From Malacoraja senta (Eukaryota): DNA of 64,000 bases. Positions 13,982 to 26,989 of this stretch are shown piece after piece. The notes below the pieces were generated by a model, which was not told the DNA's origin, did no database searches, and worked only from the letters and a program-made list of their open reading frames with translations. The stretch covers positions 7,504,001 through 7,568,000 of the forward strand of contig CM075988.1 in the NCBI GenBank assembly GCA_038087875.1, written 5' to 3'. Position numbers and translations under genes: made by a program. Numbering within the stretch: the stretch's first letter is position 1; every line of letters starts with the position of its first letter.

Positions 13982-14895
13982 CAGTGGCTTGCAAAAGTAT
14001 TCATACCCCTTGAACTTTTCCACATTTTGTCACGTTACAACCACAAACGTAAATGTATTTTATTGGGATTTTATGTGAATAAAATCCAGTGCAACCAATT
14101 GCCTTCAGAAGTCACCTAATTAGTAAATAGAGTCCACTTGTGTGTAATCTAATCTCAGTATGAATACAGCTGTTCTGTGAAGGCTTGTTAGAGAACATTA
14201 GTGAACAAACAGCATCATGAAGCCCAAGGAACACACCAGACAGGTCAGGCATAAAGTTGTGGAGAAGTTTAAAGCAGGGTTAGGTTATAAAAAAAATCCC
14301 AAGCTTTGAACATCTCACGGAGCACTGTTCAATCCATCATCCGAAAATGGAAAGAGTATGGCACAACTGCAAACCTACCAAGACATGGCCGTCCACCTAA
14401 ACTGACAGGCCGGGCAAGGAGAGCATTGATCAGAGAAGCAGCCAAGAGGCCCATGGTAACTCTGGAGGAGCTGCAGAGATCCACAGCTCAGGTGGGAGAA
14501 TCTGTCCACAGGACAACTATTAGTCGTGCACTCCACAAATCGGGCCTTGAGCTTGAGCTATTTTGCAAAGAAGAATGGGCAAAAATGTCAGTCTCTAGAT
14601 GTGCAAAGCTGGTAGAGACATACCCCAAAAGACTTGCAGCTGTAATTGCAGCGAAAGGTGGTTCTACAAAGTATTGACTCAGGGGGGCTGAATACTTTTG
14701 CACGCGATACTTTTCAGTTTTTTATTTGTAAAAAAATTTGAAAACCATATATCATTTTCCTTCCACTTCACAATTATGCACCACTTTGTGTTGGTCTATC
14801 ACATAAAATCCCAATAAAATACATTTATGTTTGTGGTTGAAATGTGACAAAATGTGGAAAGGTTCAAGGGGTATGAAAACGTTTGCAAGCCACTG
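13982..14895 (+). mobile_element. Tc1-family DNA transposon, internally deleted, nested in a Rex1-type 3'UTR
   Basis: ~95-bp TIRs CAGTGGCTTGCAAA.../...TTTGCAAGCCACTG. TA TSD at 13980-13981 and 14896-14897. Confidence 0.95.
14217..14677 (+). pseudogene. Tc1 transposase: paired-like DNA-binding region fused in frame to the C-terminus, DDE domain deleted
   Basis: MKPKEHTRQVR..GYKK (frameshift in A-run ~14290) ISRSTVQSII..GRPPKL..LHKSGL | ELELFCKEEW..KGGSTKY*. Junction at ~14548/14549. Confidence 0.9.
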
Positions 14896-15362
14896 TAACT
14901 ACCTAATTTTGGACCCTCGGACTATCTTTATTTGGACTTTATCTAGCACTAAATGTTATTTCCTTTATCATGTATCTGTACACTATGGATGGCTCGATTG
15001 TAATTATATACTGTCTTTCTGCTGACTGGTTAGCAGGCAACAAAAGCTTTTCACTGTACCTGTAAATATGACAATAAAATAAACAAAACTAAACTAAACT
15101 GAATCCATCTCTACGGTTTGTGCTTATTAAGGGTTTCAATTAACCTTTGCCATCTCCAAAGCAAATCTTGAGCTCGAGTTGCAAGACTTAAGCCCTACTC
15201 CTGACTTCAGGTTTAAGTTCCCGCATCTGTGCCTTCATTAGCAGAGCATGTCTTCAGTGATACACGACAGCACATTCTGCCCTCTCTCCCCCACCCAGTG
15301 CCTCCAGTTTTAACCAAACGCTGCCAGGCAAGTAAAAACTGAGGTAAAAGTGACAATGTCGA

Positions 15363-15702
15363 GATCTTCAGTATGGACAGGGGGCTGATCTTCAGTATGG
15401 ACAGGGGGCTGATCTTCAGTATGGACAGGGGGCTGATCTTCAGTATGGACAGGGGGCTGATCTTCAGTATGGACAGGGGGCTGATCTTCAGTATGGACAG
15501 GGGGCTGATCTTCAGTATGGACAGGGGGCTGATCTTCAGTATGGACAGGGGGCTGATCTTCAGTATGGACAGGGGGCTGATCTTCAGTATGGACAGGGGG
15601 CTGATCTTCAGTATGGACAGGGGGCTGATCTTCAGTATGGACAGGGGGCTGATCTTCAGTATGGACAGGGGGCTGATCTTCAGTATGGACAGGGGGCTGA
15701 TC
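15363..15702. repeat. Perfect 24-bp minisatellite, 14 copies
   Basis: (GATCTTCAGTATGGACAGGGGGCT)x14 plus GATC; no variant units seen. Confidence 0.98.
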
Positions 15703-17196
15703 GAATTCAGTTTGAAAGAAAAGAATAGCACAAAACTGGAAGGTTCCAAGCAGATATAATGCTGCATTGTACAAACCTTGGGCTTGAAAGTCTAGTTAAG
15801 CTTCAACATTGCTTTAGTCTGAAACAATTTGAATCTTTGGCAGTACATTTATTGATTGATTGAAAGATTGACTGAAAAATACAGCATGGAAACATGGAAA
15901 CATTCACCCCACCGAGACCACACCGATCATTGATCACCCATTCACACCAGTTGTATGTTATCCCAGTTTCTCAACCACTCCTTACACACTAGGGGCAATT
16001 TACAGAGGCCCTAAACCTAGAACCCCCCACGTCTTTGGGATGGGGCACCTGGATGAAAACCCAGTGAGAAGAGCCAAATGCCATTGGTAAAGATTGGGTG
16101 AGCAATAATTTCCACATGTTCCTCTACTGTATGATTTAAAGTCAAATTTATCCCTGGTTTTCCGATCAAGAAAGCTGATTTCAGCAAGGTTTGGATGGAT
16201 AGCGGCATCATTGGGACTATGACTTTACGTATGCAAGTATCCTGGAGTAAAGTAACTTGGCAGGTCAGGCAGCATCTCTGGAGAACGTGGATAGGTGTTG
16301 TTTTGGGTCTGAAGAAGAGTCCCAACTGAAAGCATCATCTATCTGTGTTTTCTGGAGATTCTGGAGATACTACAGCACTTTTTTTTGTAAACCAGCAACT
16401 ATAGTTCCTACTGTCCCCATTTTTTTTGTTTAGTCAGTGGTACAATGTAGGAATGCAGCAATCAATGTGTGTAAAGCAAGCTATCGACACAAGTTAGTAG
16501 CACAATCCAGGTTGATGTTATAATCTGTTTGGAAATGTTTCTGAAACATTTTGCCTTGCATTGGTTTCTCAGGCCAAGGTTGTTCAGTTGCTCTCGGGTT
16601 ACTAATGGACTCAGAATTTATTTATATCATGTGCAAAAATGTAATTGCAGATTGTAAAGTCATATTTGACATTGGTTTATTGTGGGTCATATTTGATCAC
16701 TTAATCTGCTGTGTCTATTGATTGAAAGCAACTCAGTCAATGAGAAGTCTTTCAGTATTTGCCTGCTTCATTTGTGCTATTTATTATAATTTGATTCTGC
16801 GATGATGTACAAGTGTATATGACATCTCCTTGCTCCTTCAGTTTACTGTGTTACAGCTCCTCGTGGTAAATCCTAAACTCATCTATATTTCCAGCATGTA
16901 TTTGGGGGTATATTTGTGTAGGTGCTCTAATTGAAATGTTTGTGACATTTTTAATAAGCTATTATCTCTGGGGAAGAGGTAAATGGTTTATTCCAAACAG
17001 GAACTAGCCTTCTCAGAGTTAAAATTTGCAGTTGACCTGGTCTCAACAACATTATTGGTTTGAGTGTTCCCGATCTTCATTAACCTGTACAGTTCTTCTG
17101 ACCTCTCTCTCTCTCACTCTCTCACTCTCTCTCCCTCCTCCCCTCCCCATAGTGGCTTAACTCCCATGGAAGAAAATCTTTATCCTTTCTACAATG

Positions 17197-17345
17197 GGCG
17201 CCACAGTGGCGCAGCGGTAGAGTTGCTGCCTCACGGCGTCTGAGACCCAGGTTTCTTCCTGACCTTGGGTACTGTCTGTACGGCGTTTGTACGTTCTTCC
17301 TGTGAACACGTGGGTTTTCTCCAGGTGCTCAGGTTTCTTCCCACA
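17197..17345 (+). mobile_element. tRNA-derived SINE, 5' half
   Basis: GGCGCCACAGTGGCGCAGCGGTAGAG head followed by the core. Confidence 0.85.
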
Positions 17346-17349
17346 ATGG

Positions 17350-17620
17350 TCCCACAATTGTCCATTGTTGGCTGTGGAAGAGGTGACAATGAAGGGATAT
17401 ATGGATGCAAACAGTGGAACTGGCAGGAAGCTAGGGTGGGGGAGGGGTGGAGAGAGAGGGAATGCAGGGGTTACTTGAAATTGGAGAAATCAACAGTCAT
17501 ATCATTGGGTTGTAAACTGCCCAGGTAAAATTTGAGGTGCTGTTCCTCCAATTTGCGTGTGGCCTCACTCTGACGGTGGAGGAGGCCCAGGACAGAAAGG
17601 TCAGTTTGACAACTGGGAGA
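17350..17620 (-). mobile_element. Penelope GIY-YIG C-terminal fragment
   Basis: LSVLGLLHRQSEATRKLEEQHLKFYLGSLQPNDMTVDFSNFK* is homologous to the end of the ORF at 28306-28926. Confidence 0.85.
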
Positions 17621-19419
17621 TCGTGTCCCTGAGCAGGTTACTTGCTTGTATTGAATTATAACCATGCAGGTGTGAATTGTGGCCAAGGCTTTGATTGTCA
17701 ATTCTTGGCTCAGAGACTGTTGTTGATTTTTGCCAAGCAAGTTTCACAAGAGGAAACACAAAGTGCTGGAGTAACTCAGTGGGTCGGGCAGTATTTCTGG
17801 AGAACATGGATAGGTGAAGTTCCTGGTCGGGGCTTGTGAGGCATCAAATCTCGTTGGCAATTGCTTTACAATGCTATTGGGAGTGCCCTACAGAGATTTC
17901 CTTTCAACTTTTAAAATGTTACTTCTAACCGCACACTCGTGTGTCTTTTATCAACTGGGATTTCCCCTTCTGCCCTTTATCAGGTCATTAATCGCACAGT
18001 TTGTGGCAGATTGATGCATTACCAAGAGTGGAGTTTATCATACTATTCTGACATTGCTTTAAAGCAAGTGTCACAGACTTGCACCATCTGCCTTTTCAAT
18101 GTTTGATCTCCAGTTCTATATGTCGTACTATTTATATGACAATTTGCTGCACTGGTTAGCGTTCTGGGGTTTATTTTTCATTCACTTAAGAGCATTTTCT
18201 TTTCCTCTTCCTCGCTATACTTTTATTCCATTATTTGTGGTTCTCTGAGTGCTGACATTCTCACAGGCATCTCCCTGCCTCTCTTCATACACTTGTCTTA
18301 ATCCAGAAACAGATTGAATGACCACTTTTTCTTTTGCGTGTGACTTGCTGTTGTATAATCTGCATGGTTGCCATCTCGATACGATGTTTTAGGGGCTTGG
18401 ATGAAGGCACCTAAGAATACAAGAACGTAAGAAGTAGGAGCAGGAATAGCCCCTGTAGGCATTCAAGTCCGCTGTGCCGCTCATTATGATCATGGCTGAT
18501 CATCTAATGAGATGACGGTTCGCGGGCTGAACCAGTCGTGGGCGACGGAGGGGATTGGGAGCAACTCCAGTAGAACGAACATGCGGGAATCCGGACTTTG
18601 AACTCGATAAAATATCGCCACATATGACCGCGCCGGCATTATTATATGCAAAATGAATTTCACTGTTTAATGTTTAATTGCATATGTGACAATAAATATC
18701 CATTGAACCAATGAACCATTTTCCTGTAAAACACCAGAATCTCTCGATTCCCTTAATTACTAGAAATCTACAAAGCTCAGCTTGAGTAGACCCAATGCCT
18801 GGGACTCCACAGCCCTCCAGAATGGAAAATTACAAAGCTTCTAACATGCTCCTTATCCCAATTTTGAAAGAATATAAATTAAGTCAACTCTGTTTCTGAT
18901 CCTTACTCCTCTATAGTGCAGAAATCTGTCAATGTATGTTGGCCACAGTTCTGTGAGTTTTATAAGCGTTTGTACTGGGGGTTTTGGGGTTTTGGGGTTT
19001 TGGGGTTTCTTACCAACAATGCAAGTTTGCCAGACCCAATCGAACTTGAACCCATTCAGAAATAAAATCCTAATGCCTGCCCCAGCTGTGTTTTACACAC
19101 TCTCATTTCAAGTCAAGTAGAGTTTCTTTTTGTAACATTTACAAGTGTGGTGAAGTACAATGAAAATCTTGCTCGTGCCAGGATTGCGGGCACATGGATT
19201 CCGACGATACACATAAACATACATCATATATAAATTATTCATTGAATTACATGGGACCTGTTCTGTTGAGTTATAAATTTTATAAGGCAGTGGAAAGAAA
19301 AAAATAAGACTGTGCTGAAAGGAACTAGATGTCAATGGGAAACACAATTAGAAAATAAGTCCATGGCAGTTCAAGAACCTGACTTGTATTGCCTCCTTGA
19401 TTAACAACACTTTGAGTTT

Positions 19420-19650
19420 AGTCTGCGGAATTCCCTGCCTCAGAGGGTGGTGGAGGCCGGTTCTCTGGATACTTTCAAGAGAGAGCTAGATAGCGCTCTT
19501 AAAGATAGCGGAGTCAGGGGATATGGGGAGAAGGCAGGAACGGGGTACTGATTGGGGATGATCAGCCATGATCACATTGAATGGCGGTGCTGGCTCGAAG
19601 GGCCGAATAATCTACTCCTGCACCTATTGTCTATTGGCTATTGTCTATTT
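19420..19650 (+). mobile_element. CR1 LINE 3' end
   Basis: GATCAGCCATGATC..GCTCGAAGGGCCGAAT..CTACTCCTGCACCTATT tail. Confidence 0.85.
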
Positions 19651-19890
19651 ACATTTATCATGTTAGTGTTGAAATCTTTAGGTGGCATTTTCCTTATCAC
19701 TGCATCTTCTCCTCCAGCTTCACTCGGCTTGTACCACTTTTTCCTCCTCGTTTTGGAGCTAGTTTTCTTATGCCCATCCATTTAATAAGACTTGGTTAAA
19801 TTGCGGATGCAAGTTGTTGTAGTTTGGTCGTTTGAAATTCCTGCGAACAACTGATTAACCCGACCATTGTGATGTCTTGTATTTTCACAG

Positions 19891-19954
19891 ATGCAGCAGA
19901 AAAGCATTTGAATTTGTCCTCAAGAACCTTGTCGTTTGCAGAAGAATCACTATT
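19891..19954 (+). other. Candidate 64-bp internal exon of an unidentified host gene
   Basis: Acceptor TTGTATTTTCACAG| and donor |GTAAGT in non-repetitive sequence. Two frames are open: (D)AAEKHLNLSSRTLSFAEESL or CSRKAFEFVLKNLVVCRRITI. Confidence 0.5.
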
Positions 19955-21699
19955 GTAAGTAATTGTTATTTCAAGATGAGTTCAGAAATTTTGAAAGCTA
20001 TTGACCAGATGCAGAATTGTAACGATTATTGTTTATGCAGTAGGGTTGACGATTTTGTTTTCACTTGTACCTTGATCTTCAGTCACTCTTTAGCTGTTGG
20101 TTGCTTGGCATTGTCCATCATCGCAGTGCATTGCCATCCAATTTTCTTTCCTCCCTTCTTCAATGCTTTTATCATTAAGGAGTGATATTGTGCAATAAAA
20201 ATAATAAAGCACACGTTTTAAAAGAAAATATTCTATGATTATAGTTCTAAGTTGATCATCTTTAATTCTTAGAGACTTCAGGAGAGTCGCAGAGAGTTTG
20301 CATTCTTAGATGGAGTGGAACGCAGTTGATGTTGACAATGACAAAACCCGGTTGATGGTACCTGGAAGCAAAAAAAAGACCAAAACACATATTTTGATTT
20401 GGAAGTTCTCAACTGCTGTAGTTTTTAAATCAAGTTTTTTAATCGGTACCAGAGGCTGAGGGGAGGCCTAATGGAAGCAGATATAATTATGAGAGCATCG
20501 GCAGGGTAGACGGTCAGAATCTTTTTTCCCCAGGGTGAAAATGTCAAAGACTAACCGGCAGAGCTTTATGGTGAGAGGGGCAAAGTTTAAAGGAGATGTG
20601 TGGGGCTAATTTTCTTTACACAGAGAGTGGTGGGGCGCCTGGAACGCGCTGCCAGGAGTGGTGGGGTTGGCATATATAATAGTGGCGTATAAGAGGCTTT
20701 TAGTTAGACACATAGGTATGGAGGGATATGAATGACTACAGGCAACGAAATTTCGTTCAGACCGAAAGGTCTGAATGACAAATAAAGGAATCTCTATCTC
20801 TATCTCGAATCCATGTTTAGGCAGGTTAGATTTTTAACTTGGCGGTCTTCTGCCCACTCACTGGTAAAGCAGATCTCTTGCTGTGCTGTGGGCAGCTGGT
20901 ATCTCGTGGGTGGGCAGGTTCCAGAAAAACAGCGATCCAGTGAGATTCTTTGAGGGTAGCTGCAGTTGCGAAACTAATCCTAAGAAAATAAAGGGCCTCT
21001 GATTCTGGGATGTGGGCGGGCTGGTGGTACAGCTTGAGAAACCTGTTATCTCTTGATGAAACTGCGATGAATGCAAAAGAGCTTCATTGCCTGCCTGATG
21101 ACTTAACCAAAAAGTGGTGTTATATTTGTTGGGTTTACTGATCGGGATGCATGGCGCACGCAAGCCATTTATTTTGAATGGGGCAATGTAGAGTTGGTAC
21201 CTTTGCCCCCTTCCCTAACGTCAACAGGCTTGTTCATGACACTCCTCGTTCACACTAAGTTGAGATGGACAGGATTGCAATAAAGACTGATGCATACACT
21301 GAAGCTGAAAAGAGGGTCTTATTGACGAAAATGTTGGGTTCACTCTTTGCCTATTATTACCACTGAGCAATTCTGTTTTTGTTTTTTGGATTATATTTTG
21401 CATTAAACCATGTTTATGGTAGTAAATCTAAAAGCAGTGTACACAGAATGATATGTTTGATATACACTCTCGTTTTAAAGGCCTTGACCATGGATCAGGG
21501 AATAGTGCAAACAGAAACAAGCTCTATGATGCACAAAATCTGTGCCAGCCACGATGCAATTAAACTAATCCTAGAGATACAAAGACTGTCCTGTTGCAGG
21601 GTTTTGACCCAAAATGTCAACCACGCCCTTCTCCCAACAAAAATTGCTCAACTTCCGCCAGCAAATAGTTTGTTGCTTAAACGTTGTCCATATCCTTCC

Positions 21700-22290
21700 A
21701 TTTGCCTGCATGTGGTCCGTATCCTTCCATCCCCTGCCTGTTTGTACACCTGCTTAAATGGTCGTTAAATGTTGCTAACTTATCCGTCCCCAACATCTCC
21801 CCAGGCCACATATGCTACCCTGTTCATGTAAACAAAAAGGCCTTGCCACTCTTCTTTCAACTGTCCCCTCTCACCTTAAATCTATGCCCTATGGCAATGG
21901 ATGTTTCCACCTTTGGGAAAACGATTCTGACATTTACCCCGTCCATAGCTCTCATAGTTTTATGTCATTCTATCAGGTCTTCGTTCAGCCTCTGGGGTTC
22001 CAGAAAAAAATGATCCAGGTTTGTCTCTCCTCATAGCTAATACTCATCGAGAAAACCACCTGGTGAACCTCTTTTGTGTCGTCTCCAATTGCCACATCCT
22101 TCCTGTAATATGGTGACCAGCACCGCACACAATACTCCAAATGTGGTCGAACTGAGGTCTTATACAGAGACAACATTCCTTTTAAACTCAATGCCCTGAC
22201 CGATGAAGGCAGGCATACCATATGCCTTCTTTATTATCCTAACTACTTGTGTAGAGCAATGGACTTGGACCCAAAGATCCCTCTGTTTGT
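21700..22290 (-). mobile_element. Degraded CR1 LINE 3' fragment
   Basis: Minus-strand LYKTSVRPHLEYCVRCWSPYYRKD. Confidence 0.8.
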
Positions 22291-22947
22291 TGCTGTCGTT
22301 CATTACCTTGATGAGACTTCAAATTCCTGAATCTGTTCGCAATGTAACTGGATGCTGATCAGTTCCCAAGCCATAACCAACTATTTATCCCTGATATATT
22401 TCTAATAATAAAGGGAATTCAGATGTCAGGTGTTGCCTGCGAAGTTGAATCAAACATTTTAAAGGTGTATTTTTAAGCCTGTGTTCATCAGCGGGCACAG
22501 TCATGCCATCTCCCGCATCCGGCAATGCAACCAGTATGTTCTTCTTCTTCTTTCGTGACCATCTTCCATGTTTCAAATGTTGACCTCGCTGTCATCCTCC
22601 GTCCTGAATAGGACTTAAGCTTCCGGCGACAATCAGTGGGAGCCATCACTTGTTGCAATTGATGATGGTGGTAGCAGAATGAGCTCAGGATACTTCCAGT
22701 TTCCAGCTGCTTCTTCTATAGGGCCACCAGACTGGAGGGAGGGAGTCTTCAGCACTGACTATCAGGTGCACTGACCGGCATTCTCTCAGATAGGAAGATG
22801 GAGAGCAGCAAGTCAGAAGTTTGTTGACTGTAAAGAACCTCAGAATCACATGAAGCTGTAAAGGAAATTACACAACTGCAACTTTTTTTGTTTCTGTCTA
22901 GTTTCGCGTGCATTAATTTCCCTGCCTCAACCAGTCATCATGCATTA

Positions 22948-23507
22948 AGGGAGTGTCCCACTTGGTCGACCTAATTGGCGAGTTTAGAAGAGTTTAGGAG
23001 AGTTTGAAAAAATGACATGTTGAAGACCTCCTTCGACTGTAGAAGACCTCCTTCGACCTCCTTCGACTATGTTGAAGACTAGCTTCGACTAGCTACGAGA
23101 AACTTCGGGAAAATTGGACACCGAATAGTGGAGAGTGAAGACGACCTCCTTCGATCTTCTTCGACCTCCCTTCGACTATGGTGAAGACTATCTACGACTA
23201 CCTTCGATTACCTTCGACTACTCTCGATTACCTAGGAATAACATGACTACCTACTATGACCTACTACGACTAAACCTACGAGTAAAAAAAGTATCGATTT
23301 TTTCCATGGCGACCTTTTTTTACTCGCGGGCATTTTTCAACATGTTGAAAAATACGCCGCGACCTAGCTGAGGCCTCGAGTACACGGGGACTACTCTCGA
23401 GCATGAAGGAGAGTTACAAAGACCTGCTATGACCTCGTGTCGACCATACTGCGAGTATGAGTCAAGGGCGAACTCGCGGATTAGGTCGCCCAAGTGGGAT
23501 AGCCCCG
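22948..23507. mobile_element. PIF/Harbinger-type MITE with TTCGAC/CTACGA-rich interior
   Basis: TIR AGGGAGTGTCCCACTTGG.CGACCTAAT / ATTAGGTCGCCCAAGTGGGATAGCCCCG. TTA TSD at 22945-22947 and 23508-23510. Confidence 0.85.
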
Positions 23508-25625
23508 TTAGTGCGATATTATGGCAAAATAATCCACTAAAGGTCAACCAAAGAAACGTAAATATAAATGATATATTTGGGCTGAATGAAAATTGTTCTT
23601 ACTGAAATATTGAAAAAGGTCTGTATTATTGAAACTATAAACTATTGAAAATGGCAGAGTAAAATATCAGATCAAAATATTACTTTCAAAATATAACAAA
23701 TGGGTTCAATGAATGTGTAGCATAGTTTAAATAGCCCTGATCCTGGTGTTTTGTAATTAAAAACATTGCTTGTTGGAGCTGTGTCACGGATCACTTCTAC
23801 ATGGTGAGCTATGTATCCACAGCACTAAGGTGCAATCTTCAAGTCACTAACGTAACAGAGAATTTTGGACAGTTGGTCTGACATACAAGTTTGAGGCAGA
23901 GCATATAGCGTTTGGACGTTGAAGTTCAAGTATTTAAATAAATCTGGAATCAAAACAAAAGGTTGGTCCCAGTCAAAGTTGCTATGAAACTACAGATAAC
24001 ACTTTCAAGAGTTAATTTAACTTTTCTAGAGAGAGTTAGATTTAGCTCTTAGGCCTAACGGAATCAAGGGATATGGGGAGAAAGCAGGAACGGGGTACTG
24101 ATTTTAGATGATCAGCCATGATCATATTGAATGGTGGTGCTGGCTCGAAGGGCCGAATGGCCTACTCCTGCACCTATTTTCTATATTTCTATGTAACACT
24201 CATTATAATGGACCATAGGGGGAGGGGGGGGGGGGAATTATGTCTGTTATTGCCGATTGACCAGTATAACCAAGTAAGGGGGGGGGGGGGGTAGGGTAAA
24301 TATGTACAGTATTGGAAAAACAGCCAATAAACATAGACAAACCAAGTCACACGATAAAGAGTTAGTTTTTTCACACCATATTCTTCACATACACACTACC
24401 GTAGCACCATTCCCTAACTTGTAGAACTTAGTTCTAATTTCTGGCATACACTTAAACTGACACTTGTTCATTCTACCCACCACTCTCTCTGGAAGCCAAG
24501 GTCAATCACTACAATGATAATTTAAAGCAGAAAAGTGAGTAAATACAAAACGGGGTGAACACACAACACGTGCGGCCACGATGACGCAGCGGTAAAGTTA
24601 CTGTCTTTCAGCACTTGCAGTGCCGGAGACCCGGGTTCGATCCCAACTACCGGTGCTGTCTGTATGGAGTTTGTACATTCTCAATATACACAAATTGTAT
24701 ATGGCAGTTACAATAGGTTTTACTGAAAAGGCAGAATGCTTCCTGAAAATACTTAGCCCTGATTCCCACAGTGAGACTGAGGGTTGGATTTAAATTCAGT
24801 AGCTTGCACTTGTTTCCCAAGCAACGTCCCACTGGATGCATCTGGTTCTATCCTTGGAAGATTGCTTGGAGCAACTAACAAAGTTTGACATGCCATCCCA
24901 AAAATTACTCATTTATTTTTCCTCTAATTTCTGTTGATTAACCTGTTCCTCAGTCCGGGTATTATTTATCCACAATCCCACGGAACCCTAATCTAGTGTA
25001 ACTGACTCTAGTGTGGGCCCCATATCAAATTCCTTCTGTGACTCTAAATATACCATAACTATCAGCTTCCCTTCGCATGCCTGGCCCGCGGCGTTACTCC
25101 AACATTTTGTGGCCAGCTCCCAAGTTGGATGCAGAATTTACAGAAATATGTTCACGAAAATTATAGGATTTTAAACTATTTTCTTTATCTCCCCACAACA
25201 CGGAAATCTCTAACCGAGATGGGGTGGTGGGTATATGGAATGAGCTGATGTGGAACTTCTGTACGGAGTTTGTACATGTGGGTTTTCTCCGGGTCCTCCA
25301 GTTTCCTCCCACACTCCAAAGGTGTACAGGTTTTTAGGTTAATTGGCTTCTGTAAATGATATATTGTCCCTAGTGTGTAGGATAGTGTTAGTGTACGGGA
25401 TGATCGCTGGTTGGCACGGACTTGGTGGGCCAAACGGCCTGTTTCCACGCTACATCTCTAAAGTAAACGAAAGAGCTACCAGAGGAAGTATTTGAAGCAA
25501 CTACTATAACAGCATTTAAAAGCATTTAACAGGTACATGGATAAAAATGTTTAGACGGATATAGGCCAAACACGGGCAGGTGGGTCTGGTGTGGATGGGG
25601 CATCATGAAGAAGTTGGGCCGAAGG

Positions 25626-25718
25626 AGTCTGAAGAAGGGTCTCGACCCAAAACTTTGCCTATTTGCTTCGCTCCATAGATGCTGCCTCACCCGCTGAGTT
25701 TCTCCAGCATTGACCTTT
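25626..25718 (+). mobile_element. Penelope hammerhead unit inserted in a CR1 tail, 9-bp TSD
   Basis: GGCCGAAGG at 25617-25625 and 25719-25727. Confidence 0.8.
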
Positions 25719-26521
25719 GGCCGAAGGTCCTGTTATCGTGCTGTACGACTCTATAAATTGTAATAAATAGGCTCGGCAACTCGTGTGGCATGTGAAAAAT
25801 GGCCAACGTTTCACTTCAAAGACCTTTTGGAAAAGGCAATGGAAGTGAAGGGGAGGGGAGGGTGATGCAGATGAGGTGGAAGGGGAGGAGATGTATGGGG
25901 GCAATTACAAAGCTGCATAACCGGCTGATAACGGGACAGGTAAAGATATAAAATAATAAATATTGATGGAGCTCGCAATCGTAACGTGTATTCATTACAG
26001 CACCTGTTGTTTAAACCAGTGGTTAATGCCAAACTTGGGATTGTGTCCAAAAGATTGAAGTGCCTGATGTTAACATCCTGTTTCCAAACTGGTTGCAAAA
26101 ATAGCCTTGTATCAAAGACATTCCATGGAATAAATATTTGGTCTTCGTCATTGGTCTTCAGTTTGTTTGAAGATTCACTGATTCTCCCTCGAACATCTCC
26201 AATAGAATATTTTCTTCAAGGTGGAGTACAGTACACGTTGGAGTCTTGAGGGTCATCTTTCTAAAGGAATGATATTTCCATGGATCTTAAGTCGACTAGT
26301 TGAGATCTTTTGATTGAATTCTGTAAATGTTTGTATTCTACCTTTCGTCAATGACCTGTGCTTTGACATATTTTTTGTAAATAAGCTGTTCATCTCGTTC
26401 AAAGAGAATTGGTTGAACTGAAAAGAGATACACTTCATCATTTGCCAGTAAGTGACTTGCCTTAATAGATTGTTTGTTCAGACCTAGACAGGAGTAACTA
26501 AGATCTGGTCAGGATGCTTTC

Positions 26522-26820
26522 GGGCAGCACGGTGGCGCAGCGGTAGAGGTGCTACCTTACAGAGCCAGTGATCCAGGTTCGATCCTGACCATGTGTGCTG
26601 TCTGTACAGAGTTTGCACGTTCTCCCTGTGACCCTGTGGGTTTTCTCCAGGTTCTCTGGCTTCCTCCCACATCCTAAAGATGTGCAGAATTGTAGGTTAA
26701 TTGGCTTCTGTAATTTGTCCCTTGAGTATAGGATAGGACAAGCGTATGGGTGATTGATGGTCGACATGGGTCAAAAGGGTCTGTTTTCACGCTGTATCTC
26801 TAAACTAAAACTGAACTAAG
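26522..26820 (+). mobile_element. tRNA-derived SINE, full length
   Basis: A-box TGGCGCAGCGG, B-box GGTTCGATCC, tail TATCTCTAAACTAAAA. Confidence 0.9.
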
Positions 26821-26989
26821 GAGGACCCTGAAGTCGAGAGGCCAAACAGGGCCATGGTTTAATTTTCCGACAATGATGTCCAAGATCCCTAAACCCTCTC
26901 TCAATTCTCAGCAATAATTAAATTGTACTGTTTAAGAAAGAACTGCAGATGCTGGTAAAATCGAAGGTAGACACAAAATGCTGGAGTAA

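Noticed and set aside
15363..15702. CRISPR array or repeat-protein gene (MDRGLIFS, ISPLSILK, EDQPPVHT ORFs)
   Set aside because: Units abut with no spacers, there are no cas genes, and the context is eukaryotic. The ORFs are a by-product of a stop-free 24-bp unit.
26522..26600. tRNA gene calls at SINE heads
   Set aside because: A and B boxes are present, but they continue into the SINE core and CR1-like tail with no complete cloverleaf.
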